64,000 bases of DNA from an uncultured Rikenellaceae bacterium. Its GTDB lineage: Bacteria; Bacteroidota; Bacteroidia; Bacteroidales; VadinHA17. Under the pieces are notes generated by a model. That model was not told the DNA's origin. It ran no database searches and was given only the letters and a program-made list of their open reading frames with translations. This document shows positions 1-9,937 of this stretch, in pieces (the first letter of the stretch is position 1; each line of letters starts with the position of its first letter). A program made the translations under genes and the position numbers. The stretch is from NCBI GenBank assembly GCA_964634565.1, contig CAZWLP010000001.1, positions 29,146 through 93,145 on the forward strand, read 5' to 3'.

Positions 1-2
1 TG

Positions 3-1160
3 TGGGGTGAAGACATCTACGGTCCGTTAATGATGGTGGATCCTGATACAAGACAGATTTATGCAAACTTCCAGGACGATGAAGGACTGCTAAAACCACG
101 GGACGGCATATTTGTAGGTATCTACCCAAAGGAAAAAGTAATAAGGGACTTTGCAGTAGTATTCGGTGGTACTCTTACAGGTATGGCTCAACTGAGGTCA
201 ACAGAGAACGAGTATGAAATCATATCCAGGTCTGTTCATGCCCTCTTCCACTGTTTACAGATAAGAAAAGGAATTGACACACCCGAATTCCATGCAAGTC
301 ACCTTAATGAAAAAACAGCCAGGCTCTGGGTTAAAATGGAGTGGAGAGCCCTACAAAGAGCAGTTCGTACTTCCGGAGATACAAGGACTCAGGCTATAAG
401 GGATGCACTTGTTTTCAGATCGGCCAGAAGGGAGATGTACCCAAGGTTTGTTACAGAAGAAAATAATTTTGAAAATTACGAGGGCACTACCACCTTTACC
501 TATATTTATCTGTGTAGCTCTAATTATAAAGAATATTTAAACCGACTGCTCAATTACTACGACAGGATCTATGATACCAGGAGTTATCCTAATTCATGGG
601 GATTTATCAATGGGGCACTTTACTCTCATCTTTTGTTTGAAAGTGGATTTGACTTCAAAACAATAAATAGCCGGGAAGTTGACCTGGGAGAAATAATCAG
701 GGAAAAATACAAGATCGGACTTCCTGAGATATCAAGAGATATTGCAGGATCTCTGGCCTTTAATTATGATATAGATCTTATTAATGAGGAAGAGCATTCC
801 AGGGAATTAAGGTTAAGAGAAGATCTCAGAAAGACTGTGTCTAAGTATATAGACAGGCCTGTAGTATATCTGGAGCTTGAAAGTCCTAATTTCAGCTTTG
901 AGCCGGGCGATATGACTCCGGTAGACACACTTGGAACGATTTATAATACTCTGAGGGTATCAGATAACTGGGGAAAAATTGTTGTGGATGAGGGTGGTTG
1001 CCTTGTCTCTCCCGGTCTTGAATTTATAAGGGTTCCGGCAAAAAATATAAATACCGACAAGAATCATATATCGGGTGACGGATGGCAGATAATATTAAAC
1101 GATAGCTGGGAGTTAGCTAAATATGACGAAAATTATATTATCAAAAAGCTTCTCCCCTGA
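3..1160 (+). CDS. Conserved Bacteroidota hypothetical protein, zincin/peptidase-like family, 5'-truncated by the window edge
   Basis: Frame is open from the window start (WGEDIYGPLMMVDP...); the track start at 30 is an internal Met. Has HALFH where the family, as I recall it, has HELFH (HExxH). Confidence 0.6.
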   Translation, partial: WGEDIYGPLMMVDPDTRQIYANFQDDEGLLKPRDGIFVGIYPKEKVIRDFAVVFGGTLTGMAQLRSTENEYEIISRSVHALFHCLQIRKGIDTPEFHASHLNEKTARLWVKMEWRALQRAVRTSGDTRTQAIRDALVFRSARREMYPRFVTEENNFENYEGTTTFTYIYLCSSNYKEYLNRLLNYYDRIYDTRSYPNSWGFINGALYSHLLFESGFDFKTINSREVDLGEIIREKYKIGLPEISRDIAGSLAFNYDIDLINEEEHSRELRLREDLRKTVSKYIDRPVVYLELESPNFSFEPGDMTPVDTLGTIYNTLRVSDNWGKIVVDEGGCLVSPGLEFIRVPAKNINTDKNHISGDGWQIILNDSWELAKYDENYIIKKLLP

Positions 1161-1174
1161 GAATACCAGGCTGC

Positions 1175-3808
1175 CTATTTTTTAAGCTCTTCAAGTCTTT
1201 TTTCCAATACCTTAATCTTGGTCTCTGCGTCGGACTGTTTCTTTCGTTCCATAGCGACAACCTTTTCGGGGGCATTATCCACAAAACTCTTATTGTCCAG
1301 CTTCTTCATAATAGTATTTAAAAATCCCTTCTGATAATTCAGTTCAGTTTTTATTTTCTCAATCTCAGTCTCAATATCAAGCTTCTCTCCTACGGGAACA
1401 AAGTACTCGGTAGTGCCTACAATAAATGAAACAGCTCCTTCTGGTTTCTCTTCCACATAATTAAAACTGGTAATATGTCCCAGCCTCTTTATCACACTCG
1501 AAAACTGAGGCAGCTCCTCCTTTCCTGAATAAAGAAGTTCAAGATCTTCCCTGTTTGGAATATTTTTATCCTTTCTTACTGTTCTGACAGATCCGATAAT
1601 CTGTCTGGCAATATCGAAATCCTTCAGGGTGGCAACAGAAATACTTTCAACCTGTGGCTGCCTTACAAGCATAATTGATTCACTACCCTTCCTTTCCTGC
1701 AAAAGCTGCCATATTTCTTCAGTAATAAATGGCATAAAGGGATGTATCAGTCTTACCAGCCTGTCGAAGAAATTAATAGTTGCATCAAGGGTCCTCTTAT
1801 CAATAGGTCTCTGATAATCAGGCTTTACGGCTTCCAGGTACCAGCTTGAAAAATCATCCCAGAATAAACGATAAACAATCATCAGAGCATCGCTTATCCT
1901 GTAATTGTCGAAAGCCTTATTATAATCAGATATAGCCTCTGACAGCCTGTTTTCGAACCACTTTATAGCATCAATACTCCATTTAGGTTGAGCTATTGTT
2001 TTATCACATTCCCAGGTTTTAACCAGCCTGAAAGCATTCCAGATTTTATTTGCATAATTCCTGCCCTGTTCCGGTAAACCATCATCATACAGAAGATCGT
2101 TTCCTGCGGGCGAACAAAGCAGCATACCTACCCTTACTCCATCAGCACCATATTTATTTATAAGAGTAAGCGGATCCGGTGAATTACCAAGCGATTTAGA
2201 CATTTTCTTTCTCTGCTTATCACGTACCAGTCCATGCAGGTAAACATCAGAGAAGGGCTTTTCACCCCGGTACTCATATCCTGAAATAATCATTCTGGCC
2301 ACCCAGAAGAATAATATTTCAGGAGCTGTGATAAGAGCATCTGTCGGATAATAGTACTTCATATCCTCACTGTCGGGTTCGAGTATCCCATTAAAACAGG
2401 TAATTGGCCATAACCATGAAGAAAACCAGGTGTCGAGTACATCTTCATCCTGCCTCAGATCGGCAATACTTATATTACTGTCGCCACTTGCTTCCCTTGC
2501 TTTCTCTAATGCTTCACCGATTGTCTCGGCAACCACAAAATCATTCCCATTGTAAAAATAAGCCGGGATCCGGTGCCCCCACCATAGCTGGCGACTAACA
2601 CACCAGTCTCTGACATTCTCCATCCAGTGCTTATAAACATTTCTGAATTTTGAAGGATGTATCCTTACCTCATTATTCATAACCGCATCCAGCGCGGGCT
2701 TAGCCAGGTCTTCCATCTTCAGGAACCACTGCATAGATAACTTTGGCTCAATTACAGCATCAGTTCTTTCCGACCTGCCAACCTTGTTTCTGTAATTTTC
2801 TGCCTTTACCAGGGCTCCTAAGCTATTCAGCTCTTTTTCAGCCAGATCACGGGCTTCAAATCTGTCCTTCCCTATAAATAAACCTGCTTCTTCTGATAAA
2901 GTACCATCATCATTAAATATATCAATGCTGGCCAGATTATGACGAACCCCAATCTCATAATCATTAATATCGTGGGCTGGTGTTATCTTAAGACAACCTG
3001 TTCCGAATTCCATATCCACATATTCATCAAAAATTACAGGTACTTCCCTTTCTGCCATGGGAACAATAACCTTCTTCCCCCGGAGATGCTTAAAGCGTTG
3101 ATCCAGCGGATTAACACATACTGCTGTATCGCCAAGGATGGTCTCCGGTCGTGTTGTTGCTATAGTAACAAAATTTTCTTCTCCTGCTATCCTGTAATTT
3201 ACATAATAGAGCTTTGAATCCTCCTCCCGGTATACTACCTCCTCATCAGAAACAGCCGTCCTGGCCTGAGGGTCCCAATTCACCATTCTTACGCCTCTGT
3301 AAATCTTACCCTTGTTAAACAGATCAACAAAGACTCTTATCACAGACTTGTACCTTATGTCATCCATTGTAAAAAGGGTCCTGTCCCAATCGCATGATGC
3401 GCCGAGGCTTTTAAGCTGTTCAAGTATTATGCCTCCATGTTTTTCAGTCCAGTCCCATGCATGTTTAAGAAACTCTTCGCGCGACAGATCATTCTTTTCA
3501 ATCCCTTCGCTCTTAAGCTTAGCAACCACTTTGGCCTCAGTAGCTATAGAAGCATGATCTGTACCTGGCACCCAGCAAACATTCTTGCCATTCATCCTTT
3601 CTCTCCTGACCAGTACATCCTGGATAGTATTGTTAAGCATATGTCCCATATGCAATACACCGGTAACATTTGGTGGAGGAATAGTTATAACATATGGCTC
3701 CCTCTTATCAGGCTCGCTCTTAAAAATACCTCTATCCATCCACTCTTTGTACCACCTTCCTTCGGCGGCTGCAGGTTCATATTTCGAAGGAATATTCATT
3801 TTGCTCAA
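1175..3808 (-). CDS. valS: Valine--tRNA ligase
   Basis: [13 protein letters not shown] (HIGH), KMSKS, DTWFSS, C-terminal coiled coil; 877 aa. Confidence 0.98.
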   Translation of the reverse strand: MSKMNIPSKYEPAAAEGRWYKEWMDRGIFKSEPDKREPYVITIPPPNVTGVLHMGHMLNNTIQDVLVRRERMNGKNVCWVPGTDHASIATEAKVVAKLKSEGIEKNDLSREEFLKHAWDWTEKHGGIILEQLKSLGASCDWDRTLFTMDDIRYKSVIRVFVDLFNKGKIYRGVRMVNWDPQARTAVSDEEVVYREEDSKLYYVNYRIAGEENFVTIATTRPETILGDTAVCVNPLDQRFKHLRGKKVIVPMAEREVPVIFDEYVDMEFGTGCLKITPAHDINDYEIGVRHNLASIDIFNDDGTLSEEAGLFIGKDRFEARDLAEKELNSLGALVKAENYRNKVGRSERTDAVIEPKLSMQWFLKMEDLAKPALDAVMNNEVRIHPSKFRNVYKHWMENVRDWCVSRQLWWGHRIPAYFYNGNDFVVAETIGEALEKAREASGDSNISIADLRQDEDVLDTWFSSWLWPITCFNGILEPDSEDMKYYYPTDALITAPEILFFWVARMIISGYEYRGEKPFSDVYLHGLVRDKQRKKMSKSLGNSPDPLTLINKYGADGVRVGMLLCSPAGNDLLYDDGLPEQGRNYANKIWNAFRLVKTWECDKTIAQPKWSIDAIKWFENRLSEAISDYNKAFDNYRISDALMIVYRLFWDDFSSWYLEAVKPDYQRPIDKRTLDATINFFDRLVRLIHPFMPFITEEIWQLLQERKGSESIMLVRQPQVESISVATLKDFDIARQIIGSVRTVRKDKNIPNREDLELLYSGKEELPQFSSVIKRLGHITSFNYVEEKPEGAVSFIVGTTEYFVPVGEKLDIETEIEKIKTELNYQKGFLNTIMKKLDNKSFVDNAPEKVVAMERKKQSDAETKIKVLEKRLEELKK

Positions 3809-3824
3809 TTATTTTATAGAACTG

Positions 3825-3832
3825 CAAAAATA
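3825..3832 (-). promoter_or_regulatory. Bacteroidota sigma-70 -7 element (TAnnTTTG) for valS
   Basis: Minus strand TATTTTTG(CA), 16 nt upstream of the valS start. Confidence 0.55.
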
Positions 3833-3860
3833 TGAATAAATATGGAAGATTTAATCGATA

Positions 3861-3884
3861 GAAGATTGGAAGATTGGAAGATTG
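3861..3884. repeat. Tandem octamer (GAAGATTG)x3
   Basis: Read directly from the valS/aminotransferase divergent intergenic region. Confidence 0.9.
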
Positions 3885-3972
3885 GAGAACTTAGTTGCAA
3901 CTTTAGCTTGCTTTAGTCACTTTTGTTCACTCTTTTCTGCTATTAATCATAAATTTTCTTAAGCATAAATTA

Positions 3973-3980
3973 TACTTTTG
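3973..3980 (+). promoter_or_regulatory. -7 element (TAnnTTTG) for the aminotransferase
   Basis: TACTTTTG(CA), 30 nt upstream of ATG 4011. Confidence 0.55.
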
Positions 3981-4010
3981 CATATATAAACAAATTCAAG
4001 CAAAGAGATC

Positions 4011-5210
4011 ATGCCACAAATATCAGACAAGGGCAAAGCGATGCCTGCATCACCAATAAGAAAACTTGTTCCCTATTCAGAAGCAGCAAAAAAGAAAGGG
4101 CGCAAGGTATATCATCTTAATATCGGACAACCCGACATTCCTACGCCTGAAGTAGCACTTAATGCAGTAAGAAACCTTAAGGAAAAAGTTATTGCCTATT
4201 CCCACTCGGCAGGTAACGAATCATACCGGAAAAAACTGGCCGGATATTATAAATCTGTTGGTATAAATATCGAATATACCGATTTGCTTATTACTACAGG
4301 AGGTTCAGAAGCAGTTTTGTTTGCATTTATGACATGCCTGAACCCCGGGGAAGAAGTAATCGCACCGGAGCCATTTTACGCTAACTATAATGGATTCGCC
4401 ACAACTGCAGGAGTTAATATTGTGCCGGTAACATCTTATATTAAGAACGACTTTGCTCTTCCCCCCATCGAAGAAATTGAGAATAAGATAACAGATAAAA
4501 CAAGGGCTATACTGATATGTAACCCAAATAATCCTACAGGTTATCTCTATTCAAAAGAAGAACTACTACAACTTAGAGATATTGTCAAAAAACACGATCT
4601 CTATCTTTTATCCGACGAAGTTTACAGGGAATTTTGTTATGATGGAGAAGAACATTTCTCAGCAATGTTTCTGGAAGGAATAGAAGACAATGTAATAATG
4701 ATGGACTCAGTATCGAAGCGCTACAGTGAATGTGGAGTAAGAATCGGAGCACTGGTAACGCGAAACAAGGAAGTAATAAATACAGCTCTGAAATTTGCAC
4801 AGGCAAGGCTTAGTCCTCCAGGTCTTGGTCAGATAGTTGGTGAGGCTTCAATAGATACTCCACCAGAATATTTTAAGGAAGTTTACAATGAATATATAGG
4901 AAGAAGAGACTTTTTGGTTGAAGAACTGAATAAAATGCCAGGAGTCTACTGTCCGAAACCAAAAGGAGCATTTTACACTGTTGTTAAACTTCCTGTCGAC
5001 GACTCAGACAAGTTTGCCCAATGGATTCTTGAAGATTTTGAATATAATAACCAGACTGTTATGATGGCCCCGGCAAGCGGGTTCTACTCAACCAAAGGTA
5101 ATGGGAAAAACGAAGTAAGAATCGCATATGTGCTTAATAAGACTGATCTTGCCAGTGCAATGGAAACCCTTGCGGCTGCACTGAAGGCATATCCCGGAAA
5201 AGTCGAATAG
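4011..5210 (+). CDS. PLP-dependent aminotransferase class I/II (aspartate aminotransferase-like)
   Basis: NIGQPD, NPNNPTG, SDEVY, SVSKRYS (PLP lysine), RIG motifs. Confidence 0.9.
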   Translation: MPQISDKGKAMPASPIRKLVPYSEAAKKKGRKVYHLNIGQPDIPTPEVALNAVRNLKEKVIAYSHSAGNESYRKKLAGYYKSVGINIEYTDLLITTGGSEAVLFAFMTCLNPGEEVIAPEPFYANYNGFATTAGVNIVPVTSYIKNDFALPPIEEIENKITDKTRAILICNPNNPTGYLYSKEELLQLRDIVKKHDLYLLSDEVYREFCYDGEEHFSAMFLEGIEDNVIMMDSVSKRYSECGVRIGALVTRNKEVINTALKFAQARLSPPGLGQIVGEASIDTPPEYFKEVYNEYIGRRDFLVEELNKMPGVYCPKPKGAFYTVVKLPVDDSDKFAQWILEDFEYNNQTVMMAPASGFYSTKGNGKNEVRIAYVLNKTDLASAMETLAAALKAYPGKVE

Positions 5211-5233
5211 GAAGTAAAGCAGATCGAAAAGAC

Positions 5234-6409
5234 TTAGTTGTACAACAGATACTTTGATCTTATATGTTTAAAGCTCCCGAGATCGTACTGCCAGCTTTCT
5301 CTTATTTCTTCAGCACTTAAGCCATCTATGATTTGCTGTTTTAGCTTATCATTGCCGGCCAGGGTATTAAAGTAGGAATTAAAGAAGTTATCCTTATCGG
5401 AGAACTTATTATATGAATCTATAAGCCAATCGAGGTTCAGTTCTTTACCGGGCACAATACCCTCTTCTATAGCATCTGAAAGATCAAGGCCGTAGCATAT
5501 CTCTCCCTCCAGTTTTGGGTGAGCTGCGCCCTTGGCCGGAGCCGGAGTAAATGTAAAATCAGATACAGGATAGTCTGGATGACCAAAAACCTGGAAAGGT
5601 GAATCTGTGCCCCGGCCGCAGGAAAATACGGTACCCTCAAAAAAACATATTGAAGGATACAGGTAAACAGAATTCTGATTCGGGAGATTTGGTGAAGGCT
5701 CAATCGGTAAAATATACTCTGTGTCGTGAGTATAATTAAGGCAATGAACAACTGTAATATCACATTTAGCTCCTCCTTCCAGCCATCCTTCAGAATTTAT
5801 CATTGTGGCATACTCACCAACGGTCATACCATGAACAACAGGTATTTGCTGCATGCCTACAAAGGAAGTAAACTCAGGGTCCAGAACAGGACCGTCGACA
5901 TAGTGCCCGTTGGGGTTGGGCCTATCCAGAATAATAAGCTTAATGCCCTGCTCAGCTGCTCTTTCCATAACATACTGAAGAGTCGAAATATAGGTATAGA
6001 AACGTGCTCCCACATCCTGTATATCGAAAATAATAATATCCAGTCCTGCCATATCTTCAGGCAGAGGCTTTCTCCTGCTTCCATATAAAGATACAATTGG
6101 TAATCCTGTCAGCCTGTCAATGTCGTTTTCGATATGCTCACCTGCATCAATATCTCCCCTGAAGCCATGTTCTGGGCTAAAGATGCGAAGCAGGTTAACA
6201 TGCAGCGACAGCAGGGTATCGACCAGGTGGCTTTGTCCAAGCACACTGGTATGATTGGCCACGATGCCAACTCTGGAATTTTGGATCATGGGCAGATATA
6301 TATCTGTCCTTTCTGCACCACATATTATTTTATTGTCTCCCCTTCCCTCGGCACACGAATTAATAAGCGGGAGGAAAATAATAAGGGATAAGATAATTTT
6401 CCGGATCAT
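5234..6409 (-). CDS. namZ: Exo-beta-N-acetylmuramidase NamZ family (DUF1343) lipoprotein
   Basis: FSPEHGFRG, FDIQDVGARFYTY, LDRPNP, HGMTVGE, PSPNLP. Start moved to ATG 6409 (MIRKII...INSC lipobox), which has a -7 box upstream. Confidence 0.85.
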   Translation of the reverse strand: MIRKIILSLIIFLPLINSCAEGRGDNKIICGAERTDIYLPMIQNSRVGIVANHTSVLGQSHLVDTLLSLHVNLLRIFSPEHGFRGDIDAGEHIENDIDRLTGLPIVSLYGSRRKPLPEDMAGLDIIIFDIQDVGARFYTYISTLQYVMERAAEQGIKLIILDRPNPNGHYVDGPVLDPEFTSFVGMQQIPVVHGMTVGEYATMINSEGWLEGGAKCDITVVHCLNYTHDTEYILPIEPSPNLPNQNSVYLYPSICFFEGTVFSCGRGTDSPFQVFGHPDYPVSDFTFTPAPAKGAAHPKLEGEICYGLDLSDAIEEGIVPGKELNLDWLIDSYNKFSDKDNFFNSYFNTLAGNDKLKQQIIDGLSAEEIRESWQYDLGSFKHIRSKYLLYN

Positions 6410-6421
6410 TGCTTTTTTTAA

Positions 6422-6429
6422 CAAATGTA
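6422..6429 (-). promoter_or_regulatory. -7 element for namZ
   Basis: Minus strand TACATTTG, 12 nt upstream of ATG 6409. Confidence 0.5.
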
Positions 6430-6521
6430 AAATAATTGTAGTGTGTAATCAAAATATCTGGCATAGCGGTAATCCTATAACTAATAATAATTTGCTACTT
6501 TTACCCTTCAAATTACAGAAA

Positions 6522-7766
6522 TTGAGAACAGGCCTGTTTATATCGCGAAGACTTATTAAAGAACAAAAAGGAAGCACTTCCTTTTCAAGGCCCATTAATA
6601 TTATAGTTATTAGCGGTATTGCCATGGGTCTTGCAGTAATGATCCTTTCAATATCAATCCTTACAGGCTTTAAGAAAGAGATTCGCGATAGGATAGCCGG
6701 TTTTTCAGGACATATCCAGATTTTAAACTTTGATTCAAATTATTCATACGAAACCGTCCCGGTATCCGGCAATCAGAAATTTATTCCTGAGCTTCAGAAT
6801 AACCCGGCAATTCAGAATATCCAGGTATTTGCAACCAAAGCCGGTATTATTAAAACTGACGATAATATTCAGGGTGTGGTACTTAAAGGCGTCGGACCGG
6901 ATTATAACTGGGATTTCTTTAAAAATAATCTCACGGAAGGATCTGTATTAAGCCTCAGCGACTCTGCAAGATCGACCGATGTACTTATTTCCCGCCAGGT
7001 TTGCAGACTGCTTAATCTGAAATTAAACGATAATTTTGCGATGTACTTCGTGCAGGATCCGCCCAGGATGCGTCGTTTTACTATTAAAGGAATCTACGAG
7101 ACCAGCGTTGAACAAATGGACAAGATTTACGTACTCTGTGATATTCGGCAAATACGAAGACTTAATGGGTGGGAGTCTGATCAGGTAAGTGGCTTTGAGG
7201 TTTTACTTAATGATTTTAATGATATAGATCTTATGACCTATGCGATAAGGGATGCAATAGGTTACAGGTTTGAGGAAGATCAGGATCAGCTGAAGGTTAC
7301 CAATATAAGGCTGAAATATCCTCAGATCTTTGATTGGCTTGGTTTCCAGGATACAAATGTTGTAACTATTCTTGTGCTGATGCTTCTGGTGGCCGGTTTT
7401 AATATGATATCGGGTCTTCTGATCCTAATACTTGAAAAAACTAATTTTATTGGTATCCTGAAGGCTGTCGGATCGAACAATGGTCTGATCAGAAAAGTGT
7501 TCTTATATCAGGCAGCCTACCTGATTGTTAATGGCCTTGCCTGGGGTAATGTTATTGGCATCGGACTTGCCTTTCTTCAGAAAAGATTCGAGCTTATATC
7601 ACTCGACCCATCCTCATACTACCTCAGCACTGTACCAATCAATTTCAATATTTTTCATATCCTGTTGCTAAATATCGGCACCATGGCAATTATCTTAGCG
7701 ATGCTGATAATACCGTCAAGACTTATTTCAAGAATTACACCCGTAAAAGCAATCAGGTTTGATTAA
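6522..7766 (+). CDS. LolC/LolE (MacB/FtsX-type) ABC transporter permease
   Basis: N-terminal L(M)RTGLFISRR, TM1 GIAMGLAVMIL, periplasmic domain, EKTNFIGILKAVG, ends PVKAIRFD. Likely TTG start at 6522; the track start at 6255 overlaps namZ. Confidence 0.85.
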   Translation: MRTGLFISRRLIKEQKGSTSFSRPINIIVISGIAMGLAVMILSISILTGFKKEIRDRIAGFSGHIQILNFDSNYSYETVPVSGNQKFIPELQNNPAIQNIQVFATKAGIIKTDDNIQGVVLKGVGPDYNWDFFKNNLTEGSVLSLSDSARSTDVLISRQVCRLLNLKLNDNFAMYFVQDPPRMRRFTIKGIYETSVEQMDKIYVLCDIRQIRRLNGWESDQVSGFEVLLNDFNDIDLMTYAIRDAIGYRFEEDQDQLKVTNIRLKYPQIFDWLGFQDTNVVTILVLMLLVAGFNMISGLLILILEKTNFIGILKAVGSNNGLIRKVFLYQAAYLIVNGLAWGNVIGIGLAFLQKRFELISLDPSSYYLSTVPINFNIFHILLLNIGTMAIILAMLIIPSRLISRITPVKAIRFD

Positions 7767-7949
7767 TTGTTAAAAAAATATTTTCAGGCTGTTTACTTCC
7801 ATTTATTCGTGTATTTGCAAAAAAATCAAAATAAATTAAGGTAAATCAACCGTCACTGCATCAAATTTTAATTTTGAGCCTGGCTCAGAATGATAACTGA
7901 ATTTGATATCTCTGTTTTCTTGAATAAATTGCCGACCAAATTATTTTCA

Positions 7950-9935
7950 ATGAAGAAGTTTAATGCCCGAAAAAATTACGAGAGTACACGTAAAGAAATT
8001 GGCTTTGTAGATCTGAACGATGCAGCTATTGAAGATTATAAGAGGATAGGGTTTAAGTCCGGACTTGAAGTACACCAGCAATTACTCACTAAGAGCAAGC
8101 TTTTCTGCAGATGTCCTGCAGGTATTTATCACAATCATGATAATTTCGATGCTGAGGTAATCAGACATATGCGACCAACACTTAGTGAACTGGGCGAATA
8201 TGACGGAACGGCTCTCATGGAGTTTAAGACCAGAAAGGAGATTATATACCGTCTGAATAACGAAAATGCCTGCACATACGAAGTTGATGATACTCCTCCT
8301 TTTCCGATCGACAAGGAAGCTCTCGATATAGCCCTTGAAATTTCTTTGCTATCAAAACTCAATATTGTAGGAGAAGTTCATATTACAAGGAAACAGTATC
8401 TCGATGGAAGTATACCAACCGGATTCCAGAGAACAGCGATACTGGGTGTGGAAGGGGAAATTGAATTAAAAAATAAGAAGGTAAGGCTGATACAGTTAAG
8501 CATCGAGGAAGATTCCTGCAGGGAAATATCTGATATAGGCCATACCCGGATCTATAAAACCGACAGACTCGGGATGCCACTTATTGAGACAGTTACCTAC
8601 CCCGATATGGAGACACCTCAGGAACTGGCTGAAGCTGCAGAATATATAAGATACCTTAATCGCAGTACAGATAAGGTCAGGACAGGTATTGGTGCCGGAC
8701 GGGAAGATGTAAATGTTAGCTGCAGGGGAGGTAGCAGGGTTGAGATTAAAGGAGTGGCCCATATTCTGTGGATCCCCAGGCTGTCGCATAACGAAAGTTT
8801 CAGGCAATATGCCCTCCTTAATATAAGGTCTGTCCTGAATTCAAGGCTTAAGAACGGATCTTCCTGGAAAATGAATTATAAAGAAATTATATTTTCAAAT
8901 ATTAACCTGCTGACGGAGAACATTAAAGGTGCCCTGGATAAAAATTACAGGGTAATGGCTGTAAACCTGCCTCTCTGCAAAGGTATACTTTCACATTTTA
9001 CACAACCCGGTCATATCTTTGCAGACGAGCTGACTGACAGGCTAAAGGTAATTGCCTGTATAGAAAAGCCAAATATGATTCATTCCGAGGAACTCAACCC
9101 TCTTGAATCCGAGAAAGAATGGTCGAAGATAAGGGAATTTCTTGAGTCGGAACCAGAAGATGCTCAGCTTGTTATATGGGGACCGGATGAAGATATTTCA
9201 ACTGCCCTCGAAACAGTGGAAGAAAGAATTCGGATGGCCTTCGAAGGAGTTCCGCTTGAGACAAGGAAATCGTTACCCGATGGGACAACGATCTTCGAAA
9301 GAGTATTACCCGGATCTGACAGGATGTACCCTGATACTGACTCACCCCCTATTCCTCTTGAAGAATCATATATTGAGAACCTTAGAAAAAACCTTCCTGA
9401 AGATATCGCTATCAGGTTCTCACAAATGAGAGATTGGAAAATACCTGAAGGAACATTTAAATATTTACTGAGTAAAAACCTTATTCCTGTAATTGAAGAT
9501 ATAGCGGAAAATACTGGCTTTACTCATAAACAGATCGGAGCCTTCCTGGGACAGAGATTCAAGAGAATTGAAGGCATAAGAAAAGGGCATAACAACTTCA
9601 GTTTTAAGATTATCTCAAACCTGTTTTACTACCTTGATAATAACGGGCTTAAGTATGAAATTGCAGAACCTATGCTGCACATACTTTATGAACATCCTAA
9701 AATGAGGTATGAGTCAATTTTAACAACACTTAATTATAAGAAACTGAGTATTGATGACCTTATTGCACCACTTGATTTTCTGTATAAGAAATTTGAGGAA
9801 GACAAAGAAATTGTTGACAATTCCAGGTTAATAAACTGGCTTATGGGACAGTTAAGAAAACAGGCAAGAGGTAATATCGACCTAAGGGACCTGTATTTAA
9901 GAGTTAAGGATTTTGCAGAGAATAAAACAAAGTAG
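7950..9935 (+). CDS. gatE: Glu-tRNA(Gln) amidotransferase subunit GatE (archaeal type)
   Basis: GFKSGLEVHQQL, KLFCRCP, DGSIPTGFQRT, LSIEEDS, DRLGMPLIE, RTGIGAGREDVNVS, RVEIKGV, an AspRS-like insertion (...IHSEEL...) and GVPLETRK..PDGTT.FERVLPG..RMYPDTD. The insertion and the GVPxETR segment distinguish GatE from GatB. Likely ATG 7950 (track: 7890). Confidence 0.93.
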   Translation: MKKFNARKNYESTRKEIGFVDLNDAAIEDYKRIGFKSGLEVHQQLLTKSKLFCRCPAGIYHNHDNFDAEVIRHMRPTLSELGEYDGTALMEFKTRKEIIYRLNNENACTYEVDDTPPFPIDKEALDIALEISLLSKLNIVGEVHITRKQYLDGSIPTGFQRTAILGVEGEIELKNKKVRLIQLSIEEDSCREISDIGHTRIYKTDRLGMPLIETVTYPDMETPQELAEAAEYIRYLNRSTDKVRTGIGAGREDVNVSCRGGSRVEIKGVAHILWIPRLSHNESFRQYALLNIRSVLNSRLKNGSSWKMNYKEIIFSNINLLTENIKGALDKNYRVMAVNLPLCKGILSHFTQPGHIFADELTDRLKVIACIEKPNMIHSEELNPLESEKEWSKIREFLESEPEDAQLVIWGPDEDISTALETVEERIRMAFEGVPLETRKSLPDGTTIFERVLPGSDRMYPDTDSPPIPLEESYIENLRKNLPEDIAIRFSQMRDWKIPEGTFKYLLSKNLIPVIEDIAENTGFTHKQIGAFLGQRFKRIEGIRKGHNNFSFKIISNLFYYLDNNGLKYEIAEPMLHILYEHPKMRYESILTTLNYKKLSIDDLIAPLDFLYKKFEEDKEIVDNSRLINWLMGQLRKQARGNIDLRDLYLRVKDFAENKTK

Positions 9936-9937
9936 AT

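Noticed and set aside
6255-6521. Long N-terminal extension of the Lol permease ORF overlapping namZ
   Set aside because: An artefact of taking the first ATG; family similarity begins at TTG 6522.
7950-9935. Reading gatE as bacterial gatB
   Set aside because: At about 660 aa with an AspRS-like insertion and a GVPxETR segment it fits GatE; no gatA or gatC is adjacent.
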